A DNA stretch of 64,000 nucleotides from Gammaproteobacteria bacterium (lineage in GTDB: Bacteria > Pseudomonadota > Gammaproteobacteria > Steroidobacterales > JABDLF01), in the NCBI GenBank assembly GCA_041565075.1, contig JBFGOQ010000002.1, positions 16,211 to 80,210 on the forward strand. The letters are read 5' to 3'. Shown here piece after piece: positions 50,271 through 59,698 of this stretch. The notes under the pieces were generated by a model. The model was not told the origin of the DNA. It searched no databases and saw only the letters and a program-made list of their open reading frames with translations. The position numbers and the translations under genes are program-made. Each line of letters opens with the position of its first letter. Positions within the stretch are counted from its first letter, which is position 1.

Positions 50271-50828
50271 TCAGGTTTTGTAACCGACCATTTCCTCTTC
50301 GTTGAATTCGACGCCGAGCCCCAGGGCAATGCGATTTACGAAATTAAAATAGGCTGTGATCAGGGTGATATCCAGAATATCGCGATCGCTAAAGCCCTGC
50401 TGGCGCAGATTCTGCAAATCCTCCTGCGTCATTTCATCGGGCGCACAAGTGAGTTTCTTCGCATGGGCCAGCATGGCGCGGGTTCGCGGCGGTAATTTAC
50501 TGAAGTCCTCGGCAGCGCGTATGGCCTCCAATACGTCGGCGTTCTTTTGGTAATTGCTCAGAGCGACAGCGTGATGATTGACACAATAATCACAGTGATT
50601 GCTGGCCGAGGTGACCACAGCAATACTCTCGCGTTCGGCCCGGGACAAGCCGGACTTGCCAAACATCAGCCCCAGGTAAAGGTCGAGATGATGTTTAAGT
50701 GATGGCGGGTTAAGGCTGTGCACCTTCAGGATATTGGCAAGTTTGCCGCGCTTCTCGATCAGTTCGCGATAAAGGGCTGCGAGCTCGCCGGTGGCCTGAT
50801 CTTCTTGTATTTCTTCTATCCAGGACAT
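50271..50828 (-). CDS. Carboxymuconolactone decarboxylase / AhpD-like peroxidase-related protein
   Basis: SNHCDYCVNHH (the AhpD-type CxxC-H motif) at a size typical of the family. Confidence 0.8.
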   Translation of the reverse strand: MSWIEEIQEDQATGELAALYRELIEKRGKLANILKVHSLNPPSLKHHLDLYLGLMFGKSGLSRAERESIAVVTSASNHCDYCVNHHAVALSNYQKNADVLEAIRAAEDFSKLPPRTRAMLAHAKKLTCAPDEMTQEDLQNLRQQGFSDRDILDITLITAYFNFVNRIALGLGVEFNEEEMVGYKT

Positions 50829-50991
50829 TGTTGCTCTGTGCCAGGCGCCCGAAGGGGCAATTATGGGCCAGCAGGAATTATAGCGGCATAAACGGTATCA
50901 GCACCCGATCAGTGGCGTCGAACCTTCGCCTGTCGTCTCAAGGGAGCGAGCCGCAAAAGCCAGAGCAAACCAAATCGTATCTTGGGTGAGG

Positions 50992-51903
50992 TCAAGCCTG
51001 GAGCCAGTCGCGTGCGGTCAGGAAGTCCTGGTATAGGGCAGCTTCCGGAGAATTCCTCTCTGGCTGCCAGTCGTAGCGCCAGCGCACCTGTGGTGGCAGG
51101 GACATCAGTATGGATTCGGTGCGTCCACCCGACTGCAGACCGAAAAGCGTGCCGCGGTCATAAACCAGATTGAACTCGACATATCGCCCACGCCGGTATA
51201 GTTGAAAATCCCGTTCGCGCTCGCCGTAAGACGTGCTCATGCGGCGCTCCACAATGGGCATGTAAGCTGTCAGGTATCGCTCGCCAACCATTCTGGCAAA
51301 AGCGAAACACGTCTCGAAATCAGGCGCGTTGAGATCATCAAAAAACAGGCCTCCAATGCCGCGCGGTTCATTGCGGTGCGGCAGATAAAAGTATTCGTCG
51401 CACCATTTTTTGTAGCGTGCGTAGGCATTGTCGCCGAGCACGGCGCAGGCATCCCGGGCCTGTTCGTGCCAATGCACCGCGTCTTGCTCGAAGCCATAAT
51501 ATGGCGTCAGGTCGAAGCCGCCGCCAAACCACCAGGTATTTTCATTTTCTTCGTCACCGGCGGTGAAAAAACGCAAGTTGGCGTGAGAAGTGGGGACGTA
51601 GGGATTGCGGGGATGAATGACCACGGACACGCCCATGGCCCGAAACGGTTTGCCCGCCAACTCCGGTCTGCGCTGGCTTGCGGAGGGCGGCAGTCTGGTG
51701 CCTGAAACGTCTGACAGGCCGACACCTGCGCGCTCAAAAACAGCGCCATTCTCGAGAATGCGACTGATACCACCACCGCCTTCCTGCCGTTGCCATTCGT
51801 CGCGGCCGAATGCACCAGCGGTTTCAATGCGTTCTGCGGCATTACAGATTTTCTCCTGCAGGCCGAGGAGAAACTCACGTACTTCTGTGGCCCTTTTTTC
51901 CAT
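50992..51903 (-). CDS. hemF: Oxygen-dependent coproporphyrinogen III oxidase
   Basis: [32 protein letters not shown], and [10 protein letters not shown] motifs. Confidence 0.96.
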   Translation of the reverse strand: MEKRATEVREFLLGLQEKICNAAERIETAGAFGRDEWQRQEGGGGISRILENGAVFERAGVGLSDVSGTRLPPSASQRRPELAGKPFRAMGVSVVIHPRNPYVPTSHANLRFFTAGDEENENTWWFGGGFDLTPYYGFEQDAVHWHEQARDACAVLGDNAYARYKKWCDEYFYLPHRNEPRGIGGLFFDDLNAPDFETCFAFARMVGERYLTAYMPIVERRMSTSYGERERDFQLYRRGRYVEFNLVYDRGTLFGLQSGGRTESILMSLPPQVRWRYDWQPERNSPEAALYQDFLTARDWLQA

Positions 51904-51906
51904 GTT

Positions 51907-52485
51907 TTATTGCTGCTCGTTGTCCCCAGAAGCCCGGATCAGCTTGCCGCTGATCGCCTCGCGGATGGCCGTCGGCCGGGCCTGGCCACCGGTTGCACCG
52001 GGAACCACGAGGTCAATATCAGAGCCGAAGCGTAACCGGCACGCAAGCGCCGAGCGGGCCGGCGGCCGACCGCGACGATTCGCACTGGTGGACACAATAG
52101 CCATGCCGGCCGAGGCGCACAGCGCCTGCACCACCGGATGTGCGCTTATTCTTACGGCGACGGTGTCGTGTTCGCCGCTCACCCATAATGGGCAAGCTGC
52201 CGAGGCCGGCACCACCCACGTTTGAGGGCCTGGCCATGTGGCGCGCATGCGCGCCTCGATCTTGGCCGGCAGGGTAGCGATGTAGCCGGCCAGCTGGTCA
52301 AATCGTTCCGCGACGAGAATCAAACCGTGTCGCAGGCTGCGCTGCTTCAGGTTAAGCAGCCGCTCGACTGCCGCCGGGTCTGCGGGATCGCATCCCAGCC
52401 CGAACACGGCCTCCGTTGGATAGGCAATGATGCCACCACGGTGCACGATTTCCGCCGCACTGCGAATAAGCTGCCGGTTTGTCAT
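51907..52485 (-). CDS. tsaC: L-threonylcarbamoyladenylate synthase type 1 (YrdC/TsaC)
   Basis: GGIIAYPTEAVFGLGCDP and the SANRRG motif. The start is set at MTNRQLIRSAAEI (ATG 52483-52485). The Arg/Lys-rich 68-aa extension in the track is an out-of-frame read of the topA tail. Confidence 0.9.
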   Translation of the reverse strand: MTNRQLIRSAAEIVHRGGIIAYPTEAVFGLGCDPADPAAVERLLNLKQRSLRHGLILVAERFDQLAGYIATLPAKIEARMRATWPGPQTWVVPASAACPLWVSGEHDTVAVRISAHPVVQALCASAGMAIVSTSANRRGRPPARSALACRLRFGSDIDLVVPGATGGQARPTAIREAISGKLIRASGDNEQQ

Positions 52486-52489
52486 AGGC

Positions 52490-54928
52490 TCAGCCGCCGG
52501 CAGCTTTTTTGCGCGGCGTTCTCTTGCTGGCGGCTTTCTTGCGCTTCTTCTTCGCAGTCTTTCTCTTAGTGGCCTTCTTCCTTGAAGTCTTTTTCTTGGC
52601 GGTCTTCTTGCTGGTACTTTTCTTAGCCGTCTTTTTGCCGCGCCGGCCGCGTTCCGGCGCCTCGGCCAGCAACTTACGGCATTCTTCAAGTGTCAGCGAC
52701 TCAGGCTCCCGGTCCTTGGGTACACGGGCGTTCTTTTTCTTGTCGGTGATATAAGGTCCGTAACGCCCACGCAGCACCTGGATGCCGTCCTCCGGAAAGT
52801 CCCGGATCAGCCGGTTCGCATCTGCTTCTTTCTTTTGTGCGATGACTTCCAGGGCACGTTCGAGCGAGATGGTATACGGGTCGTCATTCTTGATAGATGC
52901 GAACTTGCTGCCATATTTCACGTATGGCCCAAAGCGGCCCACGCTTGCTGACACTGGCTCGCCTTCCGGGGTTGCCCCGAGTTTGCGAGGCAACTTGAAC
53001 AGCTCCAGGGCGTCGTCCAGGGTAACTTCATCCATCTTCTGCCCGGGGCGCAGTCCGGCAAACTTCGGTTTGTCTTCGTCTTCCTTGCTGCCAATCTGCA
53101 CAAAAGGTCCGAAGCGACCCATGCGCACGCTTACCGGCTTGCCGGTCTTGGGGTCTGTTCCGAGTTGCCGCGCCTTAGCCACCTGCTCACGCGTGACTGA
53201 CTTGTCTTTGTCGGCCACGCGCTTTTTGAACGGCGACCAGAAGTTCTTCATCAGCGGAAGCCAGTCTTTCTCCCCACGCGACACGGCATCGAGATCGTCT
53301 TCGAGTCGGGCGGTGAAGTCGTAGTCGACGTAGCGCTCGAAATGCTCGGTAAGGAAACCGTTGACGATTTTGCCGACATCGGTAGGCCTGAAGCGGCGAC
53401 TTTCCAGTTCGACGTACTCGCGATTGACCAAGGTCGAAATGATGTTGGCGTAGGTTGAAGGCCGCCCGATTCCGTATTCTTCCAGCGCCTTGACCAGACT
53501 GGCTTCTGAAAAGCGCGGTGGTGGCTCGGTAAAGTGCTGCTCGGGCCGCACCTTAAGCAGCTCAATTTGCTCGCCCTGCTGCATGGGCGGCAGGATGCGG
53601 TCGCCCTCTGCGCCGTCGCTCTTGTCCTTATATACAGCCAGGAAGCCGGGTTTGACCAGGACCGAGCCATTGGCACGCAGGCGGTTGCGTTTTTCGCCAT
53701 CCGGTCCCGCCAGGAGATCGAGCACAACCGTGTCATACAAGGCCGGAATCATCTGGCACGCCATCGTGCGTTGCCAGATCAAGGTATACAGTCTGAGCTG
53801 GTCCTCCTCGATATGGCCTTTCAGGGACTCGGGCGAGCGCGCCGCCGAAGTCGGGCGGATTGCTTCGTGGGCTTCCTGCGCATTCTTGGCCTTGGTGCGG
53901 TAGACGTTTGGTTTTTCGGGAACACTTTCTTTGCCAAAGCGCTGTCCTATTACGCTGCGCAGTTCATCGACGGCCTCGCCGGCAAGTGCAACCGAGTCGG
54001 TGCGCATGTAGGTAATCAGACCCTCCGCGCCGTCCCCCGTGTCAATGCCTTCGTAGAGGCGCTGTGCAACCCGCATGGTCCGCTGAGCGCCGAAGCGAAG
54101 TTTCCTGGAAGCTTCCTGCTGCAGGGTCGAGGTCGTAAATGGCGGCGGCGCGCGTCGTCGACGCTGCTTCTTTTCAATTGAGGCGACGCTTAGCTTGCCA
54201 TTGGCGCCACTCAGCAAAGTCTGTTCTACCTCGCGGGCCTCGGACTCGCTGGTAAATGTAAACTGCCTGACCTTTTCGCCCTGGTACTCCGCGAGTCGCG
54301 CCACGAACTCCGTGCCGTCCTTGGCGACATCGGCTTCGATAGACCAGTACTCCTGTGGCACGAAGGCTTCAATCTCCGCTTCGCGCTCGACAATCATGCG
54401 CAGCGCAGGGCTTTGTACGCGGCCCGCGGAAAGGCCGGGCCGTATTTTCTTCCACAACAGTGGCGACAGGTTGAATCCAACCAGGTAATCGAGAGCACGG
54501 CGCGCCTGCTGCGCATTGACCAGGTCATTGGATAAGCTGCGTGGATCGCCAATGGCTTCGTCCACCGCATGGCGGGTTATTTCGTAAAAAACCACACGAT
54601 GCACGTCCTTGCCATCAGTCAGTCCGCGTTCACGCAGAATTTCGTATAAATGCCAGGCAATGGCCTCGCCTTCGCGATCAGGGTCAGTCGCGAGGTAAAG
54701 TGCATCGGCTTTCTTGAGGGCTCGCCCGATCGCGTTGACGTGCTTCTCGTTGCGGTCAATGACCGCATACTTCATCGCGAAACTGTCATCAGGATCGACT
54801 GCGCCCTCTTTGGGTATCAGATCTCGCACATGCCCATAGGATGCCAATACCCGAAACTCCTTCCCGAGGTACTTTTCAATGGTCTTCGCCTTCGCGGGCG
54901 ATTCAACGATAACGAGGTTATTTGCCAT
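52490..54928 (-). CDS. topA: DNA topoisomerase I (type IA) with Cys-free C-terminal repeats and a lysine-rich tail
   Basis: LVIVESPAKAKTIEKYLG, the Toprim and catalytic domain (ITYMRTDS), three GR(F/Y)GP(F/Y) C-terminal repeats, and a KKTAKK-type tail. ATG at 54926-54928. Confidence 0.95.
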   Translation of the reverse strand: MANNLVIVESPAKAKTIEKYLGKEFRVLASYGHVRDLIPKEGAVDPDDSFAMKYAVIDRNEKHVNAIGRALKKADALYLATDPDREGEAIAWHLYEILRERGLTDGKDVHRVVFYEITRHAVDEAIGDPRSLSNDLVNAQQARRALDYLVGFNLSPLLWKKIRPGLSAGRVQSPALRMIVEREAEIEAFVPQEYWSIEADVAKDGTEFVARLAEYQGEKVRQFTFTSESEAREVEQTLLSGANGKLSVASIEKKQRRRRAPPPFTTSTLQQEASRKLRFGAQRTMRVAQRLYEGIDTGDGAEGLITYMRTDSVALAGEAVDELRSVIGQRFGKESVPEKPNVYRTKAKNAQEAHEAIRPTSAARSPESLKGHIEEDQLRLYTLIWQRTMACQMIPALYDTVVLDLLAGPDGEKRNRLRANGSVLVKPGFLAVYKDKSDGAEGDRILPPMQQGEQIELLKVRPEQHFTEPPPRFSEASLVKALEEYGIGRPSTYANIISTLVNREYVELESRRFRPTDVGKIVNGFLTEHFERYVDYDFTARLEDDLDAVSRGEKDWLPLMKNFWSPFKKRVADKDKSVTREQVAKARQLGTDPKTGKPVSVRMGRFGPFVQIGSKEDEDKPKFAGLRPGQKMDEVTLDDALELFKLPRKLGATPEGEPVSASVGRFGPYVKYGSKFASIKNDDPYTISLERALEVIAQKKEADANRLIRDFPEDGIQVLRGRYGPYITDKKKNARVPKDREPESLTLEECRKLLAEAPERGRRGKKTAKKSTSKKTAKKKTSRKKATKRKTAKKKRKKAASKRTPRKKAAGG

Positions 54929-54959
54929 CTTGGGTTTTGCGGGCACCGAGCCCGCCGGT

Positions 54960-54990
54960 AAAAAAAGAGACCGCGACTTTAGTCGCGGTC
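54960..54990 (-). terminator. Rho-independent terminator downstream of smg
   Basis: On the minus strand, GACCGCGAC-TAAA-GTCGCGGTC (a perfect 9-bp stem) is followed by TCTTTTTTT. Confidence 0.78.
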
Positions 54991-55031
54991 GGTCAGGAAT
55001 TCAAAATTTTCGCTGCGCCAGGGCGGCGCGC

Positions 55032-55508
55032 TCAGTGCACGGCGCCAATGCCACCATCGAAAACCAGGTCCTCCATGCGCGCATAGGCCGCCTCCTGGTC
55101 AGGCTGGCTGAACAGAATCATCAGGACCACCCATTTAATCTGCTCCACATCGATGTCCCGGGTTTCCAGCGCCATCAGCCTGTCGATAACCAGTTCGCGT
55201 TGTGCCCCCGTGAGAATGCCGGCATGTTCCAGATACATCACGTAGCCACGGCATTCCGCGTCCAGTCGCGAATGTTCGCGGCGGCTGAATATGCGAATCG
55301 CCCGGTCCGTGGGGTCACTGGAAGCGGGATCCTGCTGGCGTTCACTGAGCCCGTCCAGCCATTCCAGGGCCTTGTCGATCTCGGAGTCCTGGAAGCCGGC
55401 GGCCTCCAGTTCGCTGCGCAAGGCATTGCGGTCCGGTTCCGGCTCCTCCTCCGCATCAATATACGTCTCGAACAGGTACATGAGCACGTCAAGTACGTTT
55501 TCTTTCAT
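55032..55508 (-). CDS. smg: Smg (DUF494) protein
   Basis: MKENVLDVLMYLFETY N-terminus. Canonical position downstream of dprA. Confidence 0.9.
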   Translation of the reverse strand: MKENVLDVLMYLFETYIDAEEEPEPDRNALRSELEAAGFQDSEIDKALEWLDGLSERQQDPASSDPTDRAIRIFSRREHSRLDAECRGYVMYLEHAGILTGAQRELVIDRLMALETRDIDVEQIKWVVLMILFSQPDQEAAYARMEDLVFDGGIGAVH

Positions 55509-56613
55509 TGCCTGGCCTCGTGGACACGCGAACGAACGCGCCGCCGGGGATGGATTCTATGATTGCTTGGATCTCCAGCGAAAACAGGATGGAGCAAACG
55601 GCATCCGCCGTCAATCCGCTGCGACGAACCAGCTGATCGGGAAATACGGGGTCATGACCGATAAAGTCGAGCAGTTGACGCTCAGCGGCGCCCTCGGGCA
55701 GCACGGGCTCCATGGGTGTTGATGGCGGCGAAGGGGGCCGCCTGAGCGCCAGGAAACCCAGCTCATCCAGCACGTCTTCGATAGTCTCCACCAGGCGTGC
55801 CCCGTCACGGATCAGGCGGTGGCAGCCACGCGCCAGGGGGTTATGGACAGAGCCGGGCACGGCCAGGACATCCCGGCCCTGCTCGGCGGCCAGCCCGGCG
55901 GTTATAAGCGAACCGCTGCCGGGCGCGGCCTCGACCACCAGCGTACCGAGACTAAGGCCGCTGATGATGCGGTTGCGGCGGGGAAAGTTCTGCCGATGCG
56001 GCGCCATGCCCGGTGGAAACTCAGTCACCAACGCACCGCCGGCAACAATATGTTCAGCAAGTCGACGATTTCCGGCCGGGTAGATGCGCTCAGGCCCGGT
56101 TCCCATCACAGCCAGCGTTGCGCCCTGCGCGTCCAGCGCGCCGCGATGTGCCGCTGCGTCAATGCCACTGGCGAGTCCGCTGGTTACCGTAAAGCCGGCC
56201 TTGCTGGCGGCGAACGCGAGTTCGCGGGCAGTTTCCCTGCCCGCCGGGCTGGGGTGTCGGCTGCCCACGATGGCGAGTTGCCGGGACTTAAGGAACGCCG
56301 GGTCGCCGCGTACGAAGAGGACGAGCGGCGGATCGGCGATTTCACCCAGCAGAGGCGGGTAGTCTGGATCCGTCATGCTGAGGGTATGTACGCCGGCCCT
56401 GGCGAGAGCGTCGACCTGATCCGAGATGCGTGACAGATCAGGCTTACGGAGCCAGCGCCGGGCGCTGGCAGGGACCCCCCAGCGCGCAAGCGCTGCCGGT
56501 GTCATCGCCAGCAGTTGCTCAGGCGAGCCCGCGCGTTTGATAAGGCGCCGCAGCGAAATCGCGCCAAGGCGCGGTGTTGCAAGCAGCACAAGCCACCGGG
56601 TAATCGGATCCAT
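55489..56613 (-). CDS. dprA: DNA-processing protein DprA (Smf)
   Basis: The Rossmann-like DprA core (IVGSRHPSPAGRETARELA, SGLASGIDAAAHRGAL) and a C-terminal winged-helix region. The start is set at MDPITRW, with an alternative ATG at 56620-56622. Confidence 0.9.
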   Translation of the reverse strand: MDPITRWLVLLATPRLGAISLRRLIKRAGSPEQLLAMTPAALARWGVPASARRWLRKPDLSRISDQVDALARAGVHTLSMTDPDYPPLLGEIADPPLVLFVRGDPAFLKSRQLAIVGSRHPSPAGRETARELAFAASKAGFTVTSGLASGIDAAAHRGALDAQGATLAVMGTGPERIYPAGNRRLAEHIVAGGALVTEFPPGMAPHRQNFPRRNRIISGLSLGTLVVEAAPGSGSLITAGLAAEQGRDVLAVPGSVHNPLARGCHRLIRDGARLVETIEDVLDELGFLALRRPPSPPSTPMEPVLPEGAAERQLLDFIGHDPVFPDQLVRRSGLTADAVCSILFSLEIQAIIESIPGGAFVRVSTRPGNERKRT

Positions 56614-56706
56614 GCCTCGCATCCTTGCCCCCTGGGACGGGGCGGCATTGGCGAGACCCATTCCATGGTCCCGCGAGAACCGGGGCGCGGGCCCCGGCCG
56701 TTTCAG

Positions 56707-57945
56707 TTAATCCGGGTTGCGAATTTTGTCGCCAACACGTACTTCGCTGGTCGCTTCCATGACCAGTGCGTAACTCATACGATCGTAGGTCTTGAATATC
56801 AGGAGCTCACCCGCGTGTTCCTCGGGCAATCTGACCCTGCCGCCAAGCACACCGCTCAGCAAACCCGCACGATAAGGGTCACGCACTTTTTCGCCGGCCT
56901 GGTAAATTGCCAGCACATGTCCCGGCTCGACACCGTGGCGCTGGCCGCGGTTCACTGCCACGACCTGATATTGCCCAATCAGGGACACGCCACCAAACAC
57001 GGACATGATCGTGCCATCCACGTTTTGCGCCGGCGCACGAGGGATGAAGTCGAGGCGCGGGCGGGCATCGGAGACCACAAGGCGATCGCCTTCGAGAACT
57101 TCCCGCTCGGTATCGCGCAGGTACAGCGTTGCGGGGTCGCCGCTGCGAACAACGCGACCCTCGCCGGCGAAAATGCCCTGGTAACCCAGTACGTCACCGT
57201 CGTCGGGATCACGCAACTTTTCACCAACATGAATGATGCTGTATCGCGATCCTTCTCTGAGGTTGCCGCCGCGCGCATAAACCTCATAGTCCGCGCCGGC
57301 TATCAGGTGGCCTTTGGTGCTTAGTACATAGGGCAGGGTTTTCAGTTCGCCTTTTTCCAGTACTGTGGGGCGCGAGATGAAGGGCGCAATCAGGTCGTAG
57401 GGAATCGTCTCAATGGCCTGATCGAGCGCTTCGGTACGAATTTCAGGTGACAGGCGCTCCGTGCGCAAACCGGCGGGCGCACCACGTTCCACCCGCAGTT
57501 GCGGCCGACCGTCTACATATATGAGGCTGATGACATCGCCGGGATAAATGAGATGTGGGTTATCAATCTGCGGATTGACCTGCCATATTTCTGGCCACAG
57601 CCAGGGGTCTTCGAGAAAGCGCGCCGAAATATCCCACAGCGTGTCGCCGCGTACTACGGTGTATCGATCCGGGTGATTGGCGCGCAGCCTCACGGGCGGC
57701 GCTCCCGGAGGCGCTGGCGTAGCGACGTAAACAGGCTGCTCGGAGGCCGGCGATGTATAACGCGGCTGCTGCGTGGTCGTACTCTGCTGTGCAGGCGCTG
57801 ACTGGGCCACAACCGGTTCGGTGCTGGCGCTTCTTACCGGCTCATCCTTCGCAAACGGATTCAGTCCGCACGCGGCAAGACTGGTCAGCGCAAGCAGCAG
57901 AGCAAGGCGAAGAAATCGACCAGGGGAAGGCATCGGATAGCGCAT
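56707..57945 (-). CDS. LysM peptidoglycan-binding lipoprotein (TsaP-like)
   Basis: Lipoprotein signal LTSLAAC and a LysM motif (YTVVRGDTLWDISARF). The position between dprA and def matches Pseudomonas tsaP. ATG at 57943-57945; the track start is a TTG 6 nt upstream. Confidence 0.75.
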   Translation of the reverse strand: MRYPMPSPGRFLRLALLLALTSLAACGLNPFAKDEPVRSASTEPVVAQSAPAQQSTTTQQPRYTSPASEQPVYVATPAPPGAPPVRLRANHPDRYTVVRGDTLWDISARFLEDPWLWPEIWQVNPQIDNPHLIYPGDVISLIYVDGRPQLRVERGAPAGLRTERLSPEIRTEALDQAIETIPYDLIAPFISRPTVLEKGELKTLPYVLSTKGHLIAGADYEVYARGGNLREGSRYSIIHVGEKLRDPDDGDVLGYQGIFAGEGRVVRSGDPATLYLRDTEREVLEGDRLVVSDARPRLDFIPRAPAQNVDGTIMSVFGGVSLIGQYQVVAVNRGQRHGVEPGHVLAIYQAGEKVRDPYRAGLLSGVLGGRVRLPEEHAGELLIFKTYDRMSYALVMEATSEVRVGDKIRNPD

Positions 57946-58174
57946 GGGCAACTCTCTAGTCCTGTCCGTTGCAACAGCGTCGTCACGGTAATCGCAACGA
58001 CGCTGTTATAATCCACTGCAGGCCCGCGGGGATTTCACGATGTGTCGAAACTCCCTGGACCTTAAGTTGTCTCAAGGCCGAGGCGCTTGTTTTTCAACCA
58101 GATACCGCGCCCAGCTTCAAGGTTACTTTAGCAGCATTTGGCTGGAAAATACACGAAATTACGGCTAACACAAA

Positions 58175-58717
58175 ATGGCGAAACTGAGAATACTCGAGTA
58201 CCCCGATCCGCGTCTGAGAACCAAGGCACAAGCCGTGGAGAAAGTGGACGACGAGATACGGCAACTGGCCAGCGATATGCTGGAAACCATGTATGCGGCA
58301 CCAGGTATTGGTCTGGCCGCAACTCAGGTAGATGTGCACAAGCGTTTGCTGGTGGCCGATGTGTCAGAAGACCGCAGCCAGCCGTGCTGCCTGATCAATC
58401 CCCAGATTATGGAAAAAGACGGCGTCGAGGTGATGGAGGAAGGATGCCTGTCGGTGCCGGGCATTTACGAAAAAGTGGAGCGAGCGGAACAAATAAAAGT
58501 GCGTGCTTTAAATACTGACGGCGACGTGATCGAGATGGAGGCACAAGGCCTGCTCGCGGTTTGCATACAACACGAAATGGATCACCTGGAGGGTAAACTG
58601 TTCGTAGACTACCTGTCGGAACTGAAGCGTCAGCGTATTCGCAAACGCCTGGAAAAAGAACGCCGGCAGCGACCGACGGGAGTTTCCAGAGAACGGCCCA
58701 CCGCCCCCCTCATCTGA
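58175..58717 (+). CDS. def: Peptide deformylase
   Basis: [14 protein letters not shown], and HEMDH motifs. Confidence 0.97.
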   Translation: MAKLRILEYPDPRLRTKAQAVEKVDDEIRQLASDMLETMYAAPGIGLAATQVDVHKRLLVADVSEDRSQPCCLINPQIMEKDGVEVMEEGCLSVPGIYEKVERAEQIKVRALNTDGDVIEMEAQGLLAVCIQHEMDHLEGKLFVDYLSELKRQRIRKRLEKERRQRPTGVSRERPTAPLI

Positions 58718-58750
58718 CGCTGCCCTGACAGGTCCTGGCGCGGAATAGCC

Positions 58751-59698
58751 ATGAGCGCGGCTCCCCGCATCGTTTTTGCAGGCACCCCCGATTTTGCCGT
58801 CCCGGCTCTCGATGCGCTGGCAGACTGGCACTTACCCCTTGCCGTTTACACGCAACCGGATCGTCCCGCTGGTCGCGGGCGCGAACTTACGCCATCACCG
58901 GTTAAGCTGCGCGCACAGCATTGGCAGATTCAGGTACGCCAGCCAGCTTCCCTGGACAACAGCATGGCGGCGGCCGCACTGGCGGAGTTGCGCCCTGATG
59001 TCATGGTCGTGGCCGCCTATGGGCTGATCTTGCCGCGCGCGATTCTTGCAGTGCCCAGGATCGGCTGTATCAATATTCATGCCTCTTTATTACCCCGCTG
59101 GCGTGGTGCTGCCCCTGTCCAGCGCGCCATTATGGCCGGAGATTCGCGCACCGGTATCAGCATCATGCAAATGGCCGAAGGGCTCGACACCGGTGATGTC
59201 CTGTTACAGAAAGAAACCATTATTGCTGATGATGACACCGGAGGTTCGCTGCACAATCGACTGGCCGCGCTGGGCGCCGAAGCGCTGCTGGAAGTTCTGC
59301 CAGCTGTACTGGCAGGAGAAATACAGGGCGTGCCCCAGGACGACAGCCTGGCTACATATGCACAAAAACTGAAAAAAGAAGAAGCAATGCTCGACTGGAT
59401 GCGGCCGGCAGGTGAACTGGCCTTGCAGGTCAGGGCAATGAATCCCTGGCCGGTCTGCGAGTGCTTGTTCGAAGAACGCCGCCTGAGGGTCTGGCAGGCG
59501 CGCGCTGTGGATGAAAAACACAATGCGCGGCCCGGAGATATCACCGCTGCGGACGCGAGTGGCATCAAGGTTGCCTGTGGCGAGGGTCAGCTGCTTATGA
59601 TGCAAGTGCAGTTGCCGGGCCGCCGCAGGGTGTCCGCCAGGGAATTTCTCAATGCCCGGACTGTAAAGGGTGTGCGTCTCGTCGGACGAAAAGGGTGA
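58751..59698 (+). CDS. fmt: Methionyl-tRNA formyltransferase
   Basis: RIVFAGTPDFAVPAL, HASLLPRWRGAAP. Downstream of def. Confidence 0.96.
   Translation: MSAAPRIVFAGTPDFAVPALDALADWHLPLAVYTQPDRPAGRGRELTPSPVKLRAQHWQIQVRQPASLDNSMAAAALAELRPDVMVVAAYGLILPRAILAVPRIGCINIHASLLPRWRGAAPVQRAIMAGDSRTGISIMQMAEGLDTGDVLLQKETIIADDDTGGSLHNRLAALGAEALLEVLPAVLAGEIQGVPQDDSLATYAQKLKKEEAMLDWMRPAGELALQVRAMNPWPVCECLFEERRLRVWQARAVDEKHNARPGDITAADASGIKVACGEGQLLMMQVQLPGRRRVSAREFLNARTVKGVRLVGRKG

Noticed and set aside
52486-52689. An Arg/Lys-rich 68-aa N-terminal extension of tsaC in the ORF track
   Set aside because: It is merely a different-frame reading of the DNA that encodes the lysine-rich tail of topA. TsaC homology starts at MTNRQLIRSAAEI (ATG 52483-52485), directly after the topA stop.
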